Positions 16,920 to 25,401 of a DNA stretch of 64,000 bases are shown here, piece by piece; the first letter of the stretch is position 1, and each line of letters opens with the position of its first letter. The notes beneath the pieces are model-generated. The model did not search any database. It was not told where the DNA came from and saw only the letters and a program-made list of their open reading frames with translations. Source of the stretch: Bacteroidales bacterium. Its GTDB lineage: Bacteria > Bacteroidota > Bacteroidia > Bacteroidales > VadinHA17. The stretch spans positions 31,776 to 95,775 of the forward strand of contig JAVVEL010000002.1 in the NCBI GenBank assembly GCA_032260385.1, in the 5' to 3' direction. Made by a program: the position numbers and the translations under genes.

Positions 16920-18344
16920 ATGAAATTCAATCCCGAAAAATTATCAATAAGGGATCAGAGGATGAAAGCCTTCATTGATCCTGATGAAATCTGGAATATA
17001 ATAAACAACACAAAGCCGGACAGGCAAAGGGTGAAGGAGGTAATAGCCAAATCGCTTGACAAGAACAGGCTGACCCTGGAAGAAACGGCTGTGCTTATAA
17101 ATGCTGACGACCCCGGCTTGATTGAGGAGATAAAGGCCGGGGCACGCGCCCTGAAGGAAAAAGTGTACGGAAACAGGATCGTTCTCTTTGCTCCCTTATA
17201 TATAGGTAATTTTTGCAGCAATAATTGCCTGTACTGTGGTTTCAGGTCAAGTAACACCGAGGCCGTGAGAAGGACACTGACCGATGATGAGATAGTTAAA
17301 GAAGTATCGGCACTTGAGGATAACGGGCAGAAGCGCCTTATCCTGGTTTACGGTGAGCATGCCAAATATTCAGCTGAATACATAGCACATACCGTGAAAC
17401 TGGTTTATGGAGTCAAAAAGGGCAGGGGTGAGATAAGGAGGGTAAACATCAATGCTGCTCCACTTGATATAGAGGGCTTCCGAACAGTAGGTGAAGCAGG
17501 TATAGGGACTTACCAGATCTTCCAGGAAACATATCATCCTGAAGCTTATAAATGGTATCACCTTGCCGGCAAAAAGAGCGATTATGACTGGAGGCTGACA
17601 GGTCTTGACAGGGCACAGGAGGCAGGAGTTGATGACGTAGGCATTGGCGCCTTATTCGGATTGTATGACTGGCGTTTCGAAGTGCTGGGCCTGGTACGTC
17701 ATACAAACCACCTGGAGGCATGCTATAATGTGGGCCCCCACACAATCTCATTCCCGAGGCTCAAGGATGCCGCCACAATAAATATGAACAGGAATTTTGA
17801 AGTGAAAGATGATGAATTCAAGCGACTTGTGGCTATACTCAGACTGGCTGTGCCCTATACGGGTATGATACTGACAGCAAGGGAGAGCCATGATGTGAGA
17901 AGGGAAGTGATAAAGTATGGCGTTTCCCAGATTGACGGCGGTACAAAAATTGAACTTGGCTCATATTCTGATCTTAAGAATGAGCAGCAGAACCTTAACA
18001 GGGAACAGTTCATGATCAATGATGCCAGGTCGCTGGCTGAAGTGATTGACGAATTGCTCGATGATAACTTTATACCTTCTTTCTGTACCGCATGCTACAG
18101 GCTGGGAAGAACAGGAGAACATTTCATGGAGTTTTCCGTAGCCGGATTTATAAAAAGATATTGCTCACCTAATGCTGCACTTACCCTCGCAGAATACCTG
18201 GTCGATTATGCAGATGAACAGCTTGCTGAAAAAGGATGGAGGGCAATAGACCGGGGACTGGCAGCCTTAGATGAAGATGTAGCATTAAAAACAAAGGAGA
18301 GAATTGAAAGGATAAAGCAGGGTGATAGAGATCTTTATTTTTAA
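16920..18344 (+). CDS. hydG: [FeFe]-hydrogenase H-cluster radical-SAM maturase HydG
   Basis: CSNNCLYCGF radical-SAM motif and C-terminal CTACx22C (CTACYRLGRTGEHFMEFSVAGFIKRYC). Confidence 0.9.
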   Translation: MKFNPEKLSIRDQRMKAFIDPDEIWNIINNTKPDRQRVKEVIAKSLDKNRLTLEETAVLINADDPGLIEEIKAGARALKEKVYGNRIVLFAPLYIGNFCSNNCLYCGFRSSNTEAVRRTLTDDEIVKEVSALEDNGQKRLILVYGEHAKYSAEYIAHTVKLVYGVKKGRGEIRRVNINAAPLDIEGFRTVGEAGIGTYQIFQETYHPEAYKWYHLAGKKSDYDWRLTGLDRAQEAGVDDVGIGALFGLYDWRFEVLGLVRHTNHLEACYNVGPHTISFPRLKDAATINMNRNFEVKDDEFKRLVAILRLAVPYTGMILTARESHDVRREVIKYGVSQIDGGTKIELGSYSDLKNEQQNLNREQFMINDARSLAEVIDELLDDNFIPSFCTACYRLGRTGEHFMEFSVAGFIKRYCSPNAALTLAEYLVDYADEQLAEKGWRAIDRGLAALDEDVALKTKERIERIKQGDRDLYF

Positions 18345-18364
18345 ATTTATACGAATAACTAAGT

Positions 18365-18892
18365 ATGGCAAAAATAGTAGCAATAAGGGTAATAGACAGG
18401 ATAAAGGAGGCAGGACACACACAGGATGTTCTGAGTAAGCATTCTTCAATAATTAAAACACGGCTCGGCTTTCATGAACTAAATGAGGACAGATGCAGCA
18501 GGGAAGGCTATATTTTGCTTTATCTCAGGGATAATGCGAAGGGGCGGAGTGACTTTTTGAAGGATCTCGATAAGATTTACGGCATCGAGATAAAGGAAAT
18601 GAACCTGCTTGCCGGGCCGGTTAAGCCTGCTTCCATCCCTGACGGATCTGCCGTTACCGTGGTGGGCTTGGTGGTAAATAACAGGTCAGATATTGCCAGT
18701 GAAGTCCAGCGAGCACTCACCTTATACGGTTGTACAATAAGAACACGTATGGGTATCAATGAAGAAGACCATGGCCACGACACCGGTCTTATCCTGCTGG
18801 AGCTTAAGGGCGATAATTCAGAGATGAACAGTCTGCTAAAACGGCTGGAACAAATTGAAAACGTAATTGTTGGAGTTATCTCCTTCAGTTGA
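18365..18892 (+). CDS. Tandem TM1266-like (ACT/NikR-C-like) putative iron-only hydrogenase system regulator
   Basis: Two ~80-aa halves share a beta-alpha-beta pattern (VAIRVIDR...TRLGF...GYILLYL and VVGLVVNN...TRMGI...GLILLEL). It lies directly after hydG, as TM1266-family genes do. Confidence 0.5.
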   Translation: MAKIVAIRVIDRIKEAGHTQDVLSKHSSIIKTRLGFHELNEDRCSREGYILLYLRDNAKGRSDFLKDLDKIYGIEIKEMNLLAGPVKPASIPDGSAVTVVGLVVNNRSDIASEVQRALTLYGCTIRTRMGINEEDHGHDTGLILLELKGDNSEMNSLLKRLEQIENVIVGVISFS

Positions 18893-18907
18893 GATATACC
18901 GGATATC

Positions 18908-18998
18908 AGCCTTAGCCTCAGCTTCAGCCTTAGCCTCAGCTTCAGACTTAGCCTTAGCTTAAGCCTTAGCCAGCCTCAGCCTCAGCCTCAGCTTCAGC
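18908..18998. repeat. Hexanucleotide tandem repeat (AGCYTN)n, about 15 units
   Basis: agcctt agcctc agcttc agcctt agcctc agcttc agactt agcctt agctta agcctt ... agcctc x3 agcttc. It fills the gap between convergent genes and contains the stop codon of the minus-strand gene. Confidence 0.9.
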
Positions 18999-20115
18999 CA
19001 ATCCTGTATATAACCCCCCTTTCTTTGAGATAGCCAAGGATAAATTTCAGATGCCCTTCTGTTTTGCCTATATATTCGGGAGGGTTGATCCCGGGTGCTT
19101 CGTACATACCTTCCATTATCAGGTTTGCCACGGCTGTTGCTGTGTAACCTGTTGTCCTGGCCATGGAGGTGATATTGTTTTCACGGTCGTAGCGGTCAAA
19201 AAGATCATACCTGTATTTGTATTTTTCACCGCTGTCCCTGCCTTCAATAATAATCCTCATCACCGTGAATTCTTCTTCTCCTTCCTTCAATTGCCATTGT
19301 GGAAACATCAGACGGGAGGTGAGGTCAATGGGCCTTATCTTCCTGCCACCTACATCCACCTCATCATAGCTGAAAAAGCCGGCTTCCCTGAGCATCCGGA
19401 GGTAGTCAATTGTACCGGGATACCTCAGTGTTTTTTCTATCATGTTAGCTACCGGGATTGTTTTCAGAAGACTTCTCAGTCCGTCCGAATTCCAGGCCTC
19501 GAGGGTACCAATCTCATCAAATTCAATATATTCGGGTTCCGAGAGAGCTTCCCTCACCACAATTTCACCATTCAGCATATACCTTGCAGGGCGTGTGTAT
19601 TCTTCAATAACATCAATGGGTGAGAAAACGGCTTTATATTGCCATGGCCATTCCCTCCTGAAAGGCAGCCCGCCAACATAGCACTCATATCTTTCAATAT
19701 TCATTTTTGCATGGTGATGCCCGAGGATGATATTACCCATGCCGGGGGACACACCGCAGTCAGTGACAACAGTCACTCCCTTGTTTTTGGCCAGCCTGTC
19801 CAGGCCGAAGGGATCTTCCGGGAAGAAGGATATATCAACCATATCTTTCCCGGCCTCAATTGTATCCCTGACCGATTTATATCCCATATGTCCCGGCAGG
19901 GCTCCTATTACAAGGTCGTAGCCGCGAACTAGGTCTTTTATTATTGATGAATCTGAAAGGTCAGCCGTAACGGCTTTTACGTTATCCAGGCCTTTGAGAC
20001 CGTTAATATTATCTGAAGAGATATCAACAGCCGTAACAAGGTAATCCTTGCAAAGGTCTTTTACTATTGCTGAGCCAACGAGGCCGGTTCCAAGTACTAT
20101 AATTTTATTTTTCAT
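18994..20115 (-). CDS. Saccharopine dehydrogenase-family NAD(P)-binding protein
   Basis: N-terminal Rossmann motif KIIVLGTGLVGSAI, and overall length and pattern typical of the family. Confidence 0.7.
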   Translation of the reverse strand: MKNKIIVLGTGLVGSAIVKDLCKDYLVTAVDISSDNINGLKGLDNVKAVTADLSDSSIIKDLVRGYDLVIGALPGHMGYKSVRDTIEAGKDMVDISFFPEDPFGLDRLAKNKGVTVVTDCGVSPGMGNIILGHHHAKMNIERYECYVGGLPFRREWPWQYKAVFSPIDVIEEYTRPARYMLNGEIVVREALSEPEYIEFDEIGTLEAWNSDGLRSLLKTIPVANMIEKTLRYPGTIDYLRMLREAGFFSYDEVDVGGRKIRPIDLTSRLMFPQWQLKEGEEEFTVMRIIIEGRDSGEKYKYRYDLFDRYDRENNITSMARTTGYTATAVANLIMEGMYEAPGINPPEYIGKTEGHLKFILGYLKERGVIYRIG

Positions 20116-20124
20116 TAGTTTGAG

Positions 20125-20197
20125 ATGTTAAAATTACTTCGTGAGCTCGCAAGCTCGGTTCATGGTCGTTTCATCCTTCAGGATTAATTTATTTTTA
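20125..20197. repeat. Copy 2 of the ~65-bp repeated intergenic element; the partner is at 789-857
   Basis: Same 37-nt core and hairpin as copy 1. It sits between the hydE stop (20209) and the downstream gene start (20115). Confidence 0.75.
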
Positions 20198-20208
20198 TTC
20201 AGGGGAAT

Positions 20209-21324
20209 TCATTTACCTTCTTCTTTCTGCCTGCGCAAATAATGTAGTGAATCACCCCATTCACCATAGCCCGGCTCCGCGTTAACCTCCCTCAGTCCCA
20301 TCGTCAGGTTTTTAATAAAATCATCCAGTGAGTCACCTGTGAGCGGTTTGTTTTCATAGAGATAATAATCGTCGCGGTAGAGGCCCGGGGTTATATTGGG
20401 CATTATAACATTTGCACCTATGCTGACAGCTTTTTCCCTGCCCTTTGGATCTATTGCCTGCAGGGCTGTGGATGCAGCTATATTGATGTCTTTCATAAGT
20501 ACCCGTAACACTGCTATCATCTTCAGGGAAAGATCGAAGCGGTCTGCAAGGGGGAGAAGCTCATCCTTATATTTTGCCAGCGGTGTACCGGAGTGCTCAA
20601 TGTAAGGGCCCATACCGACCATATCGATATCAAATTTTTTCATAAAGAGAAGGTCGGCTGCAAGATCTTCATAGGTCTGGAAGGGCAGGCCTATCATCAC
20701 ACCTGTGCCCGCATGGTACCTGAGCCTCTTTAAGGTGTGGAGACATTCCAGCCTCCTGTGATAACTGTGCAGTTCATCATCCGGGTGCAGCTTTGCATAT
20801 AGCCCGGGATTGGATGCTTCAATACGGAGCAGGTACCTGTGAGCACCTGCTTCATACCATTCGCGGTAAACTTCCTCGCTCTGTTCTCCCAGGGAAAGTG
20901 TAATACCCAGCCTGCCATCCGAAAGGTCCTTTATTGATTTCAGCAGGCGTGTTACCCTGAATGTAAAAGATGGATTACTCCTCTCACCCGACTGTAAAAC
21001 TATCGACCCGAAATTATTTTCAAATGCATAACGGGCAGCGTCCAGTACTTCTTTGTCGCTAAGGGTATATCTTTTGAATTTTTTATTATCCCTGCGAATG
21101 CCGCAATAGAGGCAATTCTTTTCACAGACATTTGATAATTCTATTAATCCCCTGAAATAAACCTTATTGCCGGAATATTTATGCTTTAAGCGGGCTGACT
21201 CCCTGAAAAGTTCATCCCTGTCATCCCCTTCGGTCCTGAGCAGTCTTATTATTTTATCCGCATCAAACTTTTTACCCTTCAATATGTCTTTTATCATGCT
21301 TCTCATTCTCTTTATTGGGATCAC
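20209..21324 (-). CDS. hydE: [FeFe]-hydrogenase H-cluster radical-SAM maturase HydE
   Basis: CEKNCLYCGIRRDN motif and a BioB-like fold pattern. The true start may be one of the internal Met residues at aa 7 or 10. Confidence 0.8.
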   Translation of the reverse strand: MIPIKRMRSMIKDILKGKKFDADKIIRLLRTEGDDRDELFRESARLKHKYSGNKVYFRGLIELSNVCEKNCLYCGIRRDNKKFKRYTLSDKEVLDAARYAFENNFGSIVLQSGERSNPSFTFRVTRLLKSIKDLSDGRLGITLSLGEQSEEVYREWYEAGAHRYLLRIEASNPGLYAKLHPDDELHSYHRRLECLHTLKRLRYHAGTGVMIGLPFQTYEDLAADLLFMKKFDIDMVGMGPYIEHSGTPLAKYKDELLPLADRFDLSLKMIAVLRVLMKDINIAASTALQAIDPKGREKAVSIGANVIMPNITPGLYRDDYYLYENKPLTGDSLDDFIKNLTMGLREVNAEPGYGEWGDSLHYLRRQKEEGK

Positions 21325-21526
21325 AAATATAGTAAGAAAGGATGATATAATAAGTCAAAAGTTTATACCACAATTCACTGTTTGTCCTGGTTCGACTCCC
21401 GTGCTGAGAACATTGATAAGAGCTTCAAATAAGTCCTCCTGAATATGTTAAGGGAGGCCGCCTGGTTAACAGGGTTTGATGGCATCAGCTTATTCACTAA
21501 ATTTGCTCATAAACAAGCAAAGTACA

Positions 21527-21973
21527 ATGGATAAGGAAAGCATTACAAAAGAAGCCATAGATAGATTCAGGTCGGGTTTTAATTGTTCGCAATCGGTCCT
21601 GGCTTCCCTTGCAGGTGAACTTGCTACAGATGTGTCATTTCTTGAAAGGGTGTCATCCGGTTTTGGTGGCGGCATGGGACATATGCAGGCTACATGCGGT
21701 GCAGTTACGGGCAGCTTCATGGCAATAAGCCTGTATTGCTGCAATAAGTATGCTGATAATGACCGCCGGACAACAGAAGCATACGGGATGATAAAGAAAT
21801 TCGATGCTGAGTTTAAGGAATTACACCGTACAACAATATGTAAGGACCTTATTAAATATGAACTCGATTCAGAGGAAGAACACCGGAAGCTGGTCGATAA
21901 TAATGTTTTTGAGCTGGTCTGTGAAAAATGTATCGCTGATTCAGTTGATATACTAAGTCGTTTAATAGATTAA
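21527..21973 (+). CDS. C_GCAxxG_C_C-family putative redox-active protein
   Basis: FNCSQSV...ATCGAVTG...CKDLI...CEKC pattern. The start is taken at MDKESITKEA. Confidence 0.75.
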   Translation: MDKESITKEAIDRFRSGFNCSQSVLASLAGELATDVSFLERVSSGFGGGMGHMQATCGAVTGSFMAISLYCCNKYADNDRRTTEAYGMIKKFDAEFKELHRTTICKDLIKYELDSEEEHRKLVDNNVFELVCEKCIADSVDILSRLID

Positions 21974-21991
21974 TAACCAGTAATATATAAT

Positions 21992-22204
21992 ATGATGAAG
22001 ATTAGTGCTAGAAATGTTTTAAAGGGAAAAATCCTTTCTTATGAAATAGGAGCCGTAAATGTTGAAGTGGTCATTGAGATAAGGCCCGGGCTCGAGATTA
22101 CCTCGGTTATCACCAAAAACTCATTTGAAAAACTGGGGCTCGAAGAGGGCAGTGAGGCCTATGCTATAATCAAAGGATCAAATGTTATGATTGGTGTGGA
22201 TTAA
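21992..22204 (+). CDS. TOBE-domain molybdenum-pterin-binding protein (Mop-like)
   Basis: A 70-aa protein with ISARNVLKGKI...VEV...ITS and SNVMIGV, typical of Mop/TOBE proteins. Confidence 0.75.
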   Translation: MMKISARNVLKGKILSYEIGAVNVEVVIEIRPGLEITSVITKNSFEKLGLEEGSEAYAIIKGSNVMIGVD

Positions 22205-22305
22205 ATTATCCGCCAGGTCGGCAATAATAATTATCATTGCATGATTTGTTTGAATTTTATACATTGGCCATCAGTTCAAACCATTTGCTGACTAAGAATA
22301 ACACT

Positions 22306-24366
22306 ATGATTAATAATTACTTACTAAACCCCCGTAGTATTGTCGTTGTAGGGGGATCGGATAATTTGTCCAAGCCGGGAGGAAAGGTCCTGAAAAACAT
22401 CATTGATGGTGACTTTAAAGGAGAGCTCTATGTAATAAACCCCGGTTCAGTCATGGTCCAGGGCCTTAAATCCTACAGCAGCCCCTCGGACATTCCCAAA
22501 ACAGACCTGGCAATTATTGCGGTGGCCGCGAAGTATTGCAAACAGACGGTTGAAATACTGGCACATCAGAAGGATACAAAGGCCTTTATTATTCTCTCGG
22601 CCGGCTTTGCGGAGGAGGATGAAGAAGGGGCCAGGCTGGAGAAGGAGATAGTCGATATTATCGATTCGACAGGAGGCTGCCTGATAGGCCCGAATTGCAT
22701 AGGGGTGCTGACCCGTGCCTACAATGGTGTTTTCACGGAGCCCATTCCACCGCTTGACCCGCAGGGCGTGGACCTGGTTTCGGGTTCAGGTGCCACGGCC
22801 GTATTCATAAAGGAATCGACTATGCCCAACGGCATCCGCTATTCAAGTGTGTTTTCCGTTGGAAACAGTGCACAGCTGGGTGTTGAAGATTTGTTGAAGT
22901 ACCTCGACGAAACTTATGAGCATGGCAGGAGTGCCCCGGTGAAACTCTTATATATTGAAAATATAAGCAAGCCCGAGATGCTTCTCAGGCATGCCTCATC
23001 ACTTATTGGCAAGGGATGCAGGATAGCGGCTATTAAGGCCGGCTCATCCGAGGCAGGAAGCAGGGCCGCATCGTCGCACACCGGTGCCATGGCCAGTCCT
23101 GATGTGGCAGTGGATGCACTGTTCAGGAAAGCAGGGATAATAAGATGCTACGGGCGTCACGAACTGGCAGCGGTGGCGGCAGTTCTCTTAAGTCCCCTGC
23201 CGTCAGGAAAAAATATGGCTATAGTCACACATGCCGGTGGACCCGCAGTAATGATGACCGATGCACTTTCAAAGGAAGGAATGGAGATTCCACAGCTCAA
23301 AGGGGAAAAGGCCGATGCCCTGCTGGAAAAGCTCTTCCCGGGCTCATCAGTGGCCAACCCTGTTGATTTTCTTGCCACGGGGACAGCCGGACAGCTGGAT
23401 GCGATACTAGATGCATGTGAGAATGACTTCGGCGGTATTGACGCGGTGGCAGTCATCTTTGGCAGCCCCGGTCTGTTTGACGTAGATGAGGTATATGATG
23501 TTCTGCATGACCGGATGCGTTCGGGCAAGAAACCTGTTTACCCGGTGCTTCCTTCATTGATAAATGCGGGAAAAGCAATAAAAGCATTCATAGAAAAGGG
23601 AAATGTCAATTTCCCTGATGAAGTGGTTTTTGCACAGGCTCTTGGCAAAGTAATGAATACACCTTTTTACGGGGATGATATACACGACAAAGCGGAAATA
23701 AAGATTGATATAATAAGAGAAGTTATAGCCAGGAGCAGTGATGCCTACCTGGAGCCTGAAGATGTGAGCCTCTTACTCGATGCAGCCGGCATAGACAGGG
23801 TTGAAGAAGCTATTGTCTCAGGTGAGGAGGAAGCGGCAGAAAAATCAACAGAGCTGGGTTTTCCGCTGGTTATGAAGGTAGTAGGCCCCGTCCATAAGTC
23901 TGATGTGGGAGGTGTGGTTCTCGGTGTGGACAGCAGGGAAAAAGCACTTGCTGAATTCAGACGCCTGATGAAGATCGAAGGGGCGAAAGCAGTGCTTATG
24001 CAACCCATGATAAACGGGCAGGAGTTATTTGCAGGGGCAATAAGGGAAGGTCAGTTCGGGCACCTGCTGATGGCCGGTCTTGGTGGTATATTCATAGAGG
24101 TATTAAAGGACGTAAACAGTGCCCTTGTCCCGCTGGGAAGGAGGGAGGCTGAAGATATGATAAAAAGGCTGAAAGGTTTTAAAATGCTAGAGGGTACAAG
24201 AGGCCGTAAGGGAGTCAATGTTAAAGGATTTGCAGATGTTCTTATACGTCTTTCCACTCTTCTCGAAGCAGCACCTGAAATAGCCGAGATCGACCTTAAT
24301 CCCCTTATGGGAAACCCTGAAACAGTTAAAGCAGTTGATACAAGGATAAGGATAGAGCAATTATGA
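22306..24366 (+). CDS. ADP-forming acetate/acyl-CoA ligase (CoA-binding plus ATP-grasp fusion)
   Basis: PRSIVVVGGSDNLSKPGG, SHTGAMAS (phospho-His loop) and a C-terminal ATP-grasp domain (GFPLVMKVVGPVHKSDVGGV). The start is taken at MINNYLLNP. Confidence 0.85.
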   Translation: MINNYLLNPRSIVVVGGSDNLSKPGGKVLKNIIDGDFKGELYVINPGSVMVQGLKSYSSPSDIPKTDLAIIAVAAKYCKQTVEILAHQKDTKAFIILSAGFAEEDEEGARLEKEIVDIIDSTGGCLIGPNCIGVLTRAYNGVFTEPIPPLDPQGVDLVSGSGATAVFIKESTMPNGIRYSSVFSVGNSAQLGVEDLLKYLDETYEHGRSAPVKLLYIENISKPEMLLRHASSLIGKGCRIAAIKAGSSEAGSRAASSHTGAMASPDVAVDALFRKAGIIRCYGRHELAAVAAVLLSPLPSGKNMAIVTHAGGPAVMMTDALSKEGMEIPQLKGEKADALLEKLFPGSSVANPVDFLATGTAGQLDAILDACENDFGGIDAVAVIFGSPGLFDVDEVYDVLHDRMRSGKKPVYPVLPSLINAGKAIKAFIEKGNVNFPDEVVFAQALGKVMNTPFYGDDIHDKAEIKIDIIREVIARSSDAYLEPEDVSLLLDAAGIDRVEEAIVSGEEEAAEKSTELGFPLVMKVVGPVHKSDVGGVVLGVDSREKALAEFRRLMKIEGAKAVLMQPMINGQELFAGAIREGQFGHLLMAGLGGIFIEVLKDVNSALVPLGRREAEDMIKRLKGFKMLEGTRGRKGVNVKGFADVLIRLSTLLEAAPEIAEIDLNPLMGNPETVKAVDTRIRIEQL

Positions 24367-24466
24367 ATTCTGAACAGAGCAGGTCGAGTATCCCGGGTAC
24401 CAGGGATGCGAGGCCTTTGAGCTCGCTGAGGGCCGAAGGCCTGAGGCAATTACACATTATAAATTT

Positions 24467-25162
24467 ATGAAGAAGGCTGATATATATATTGTTTTATTCC
24501 TGGCATTAATTTTCACTCCTTTCATTATGAGTGGGACCTTATATAATTTTTATGACTGGTTTTACTCGGCATATCCATTCCTGACAAGTTTTATAAAGTT
24601 TGCCATACTCGCTACCACGGGTGAGTTAATCGGACTGAGAATAAAGACCGGACGTTATATTGCTCCAGGCTTCGGAATACTGCCGCGTGCCCTGGTGTGG
24701 GGGATACTAGGAATGACCATCCAGGCAGCTTTTATAATCTTTGCCCGGGGGGTCCCGATACTCCTGGAGTTTACAGGATTGAAAGGTTCCATAGATGCTA
24801 TGGAGGGTTCACTGAATGCAGGTAAACTTGGAGTGGCTTTCAGCATCAGCTTCCTGTTAAATATCTTTTATGCCCCGGTTTTAATGACCGTGCACAAGAT
24901 CACGGATTCGCACATTGAAATGACCGGAGGAACAATGCGGGGCTTCTTTACAAAAATAAAGGTGAGCCAGATATTAAAGCAAATAGACTGGGATACTCAT
25001 TTTGGATTTGTACTGAAAAAAACCATAATCTTTTTCTGGATACCCGCACAGACATTAAATTTCCTGATGCCCGAACAGTTCAGGGTACTTATAGCAGCAG
25101 TCTACGGCATTATACTTGGCGTGATACTTGCTTTTGCGGCCATATCCAAACCTGATGTTTAA
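24467..25162 (+). CDS. Polytopic membrane protein of unknown function
   Basis: Five or six hydrophobic segments and no recognisable motif. Confidence 0.45.
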   Translation: MKKADIYIVLFLALIFTPFIMSGTLYNFYDWFYSAYPFLTSFIKFAILATTGELIGLRIKTGRYIAPGFGILPRALVWGILGMTIQAAFIIFARGVPILLEFTGLKGSIDAMEGSLNAGKLGVAFSISFLLNIFYAPVLMTVHKITDSHIEMTGGTMRGFFTKIKVSQILKQIDWDTHFGFVLKKTIIFFWIPAQTLNFLMPEQFRVLIAAVYGIILGVILAFAAISKPDV

Positions 25163-25341
25163 CATGTTTTAAATTGAGTATGGAATTTGTATATTTAAGC
25201 TCCCAATGAGTTGAGTATGCTTATGAGTTGTGTTTTACTGAAAAAAAACGATAGTAATGATATGCGATTGTTATTGCCTTATATTATTCATATGCTCATG
25301 GGTTTAGTTGTATTTGTGATGGAAAGGGAATAAATATAGTG

Positions 25342-25378
25342 ACAGGGGCGGTTTGAACAGACTGCCCCTGTTCATTTT
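25342..25378 (+). terminator. Strong hairpin plus T-run (terminator or leader attenuator)
   Basis: ACAGGGGCGGTTT-GAAC-AGACTGCCCCTGT is a 13-bp stem including G-U pairs, followed by TCATTTTG. It lies 24 nt upstream of the aminotransferase ATG. Confidence 0.5.
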
Positions 25379-25401
25379 GAAAATGAGTAAAACTGATATT
25401 T

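Noticed and set aside
19051-19623. A 190-aa plus-strand ORF, and similar ORFs at 19442-19681, 19639-19932 and 19727-19921.
   Set aside because: These are antisense shadows of the saccharopine dehydrogenase-family gene, with Cys/His/Phe-rich compositions typical of non-coding frames.
21385-21412. A tRNA-like T-loop string, GGTTCGACTCC, followed by an acceptor-like tail. It could be a tRNA gene or an att-site scar at the edge of the hydrogenase region.
   Set aside because: The flanking bases do not form a 5-bp T-stem (only 3 of 5 pairs). No complementary 5' acceptor strand (tctcagc), D-arm or anticodon arm lies in the preceding ~70 nt, and no integrase is nearby. Chance similarity is more likely.
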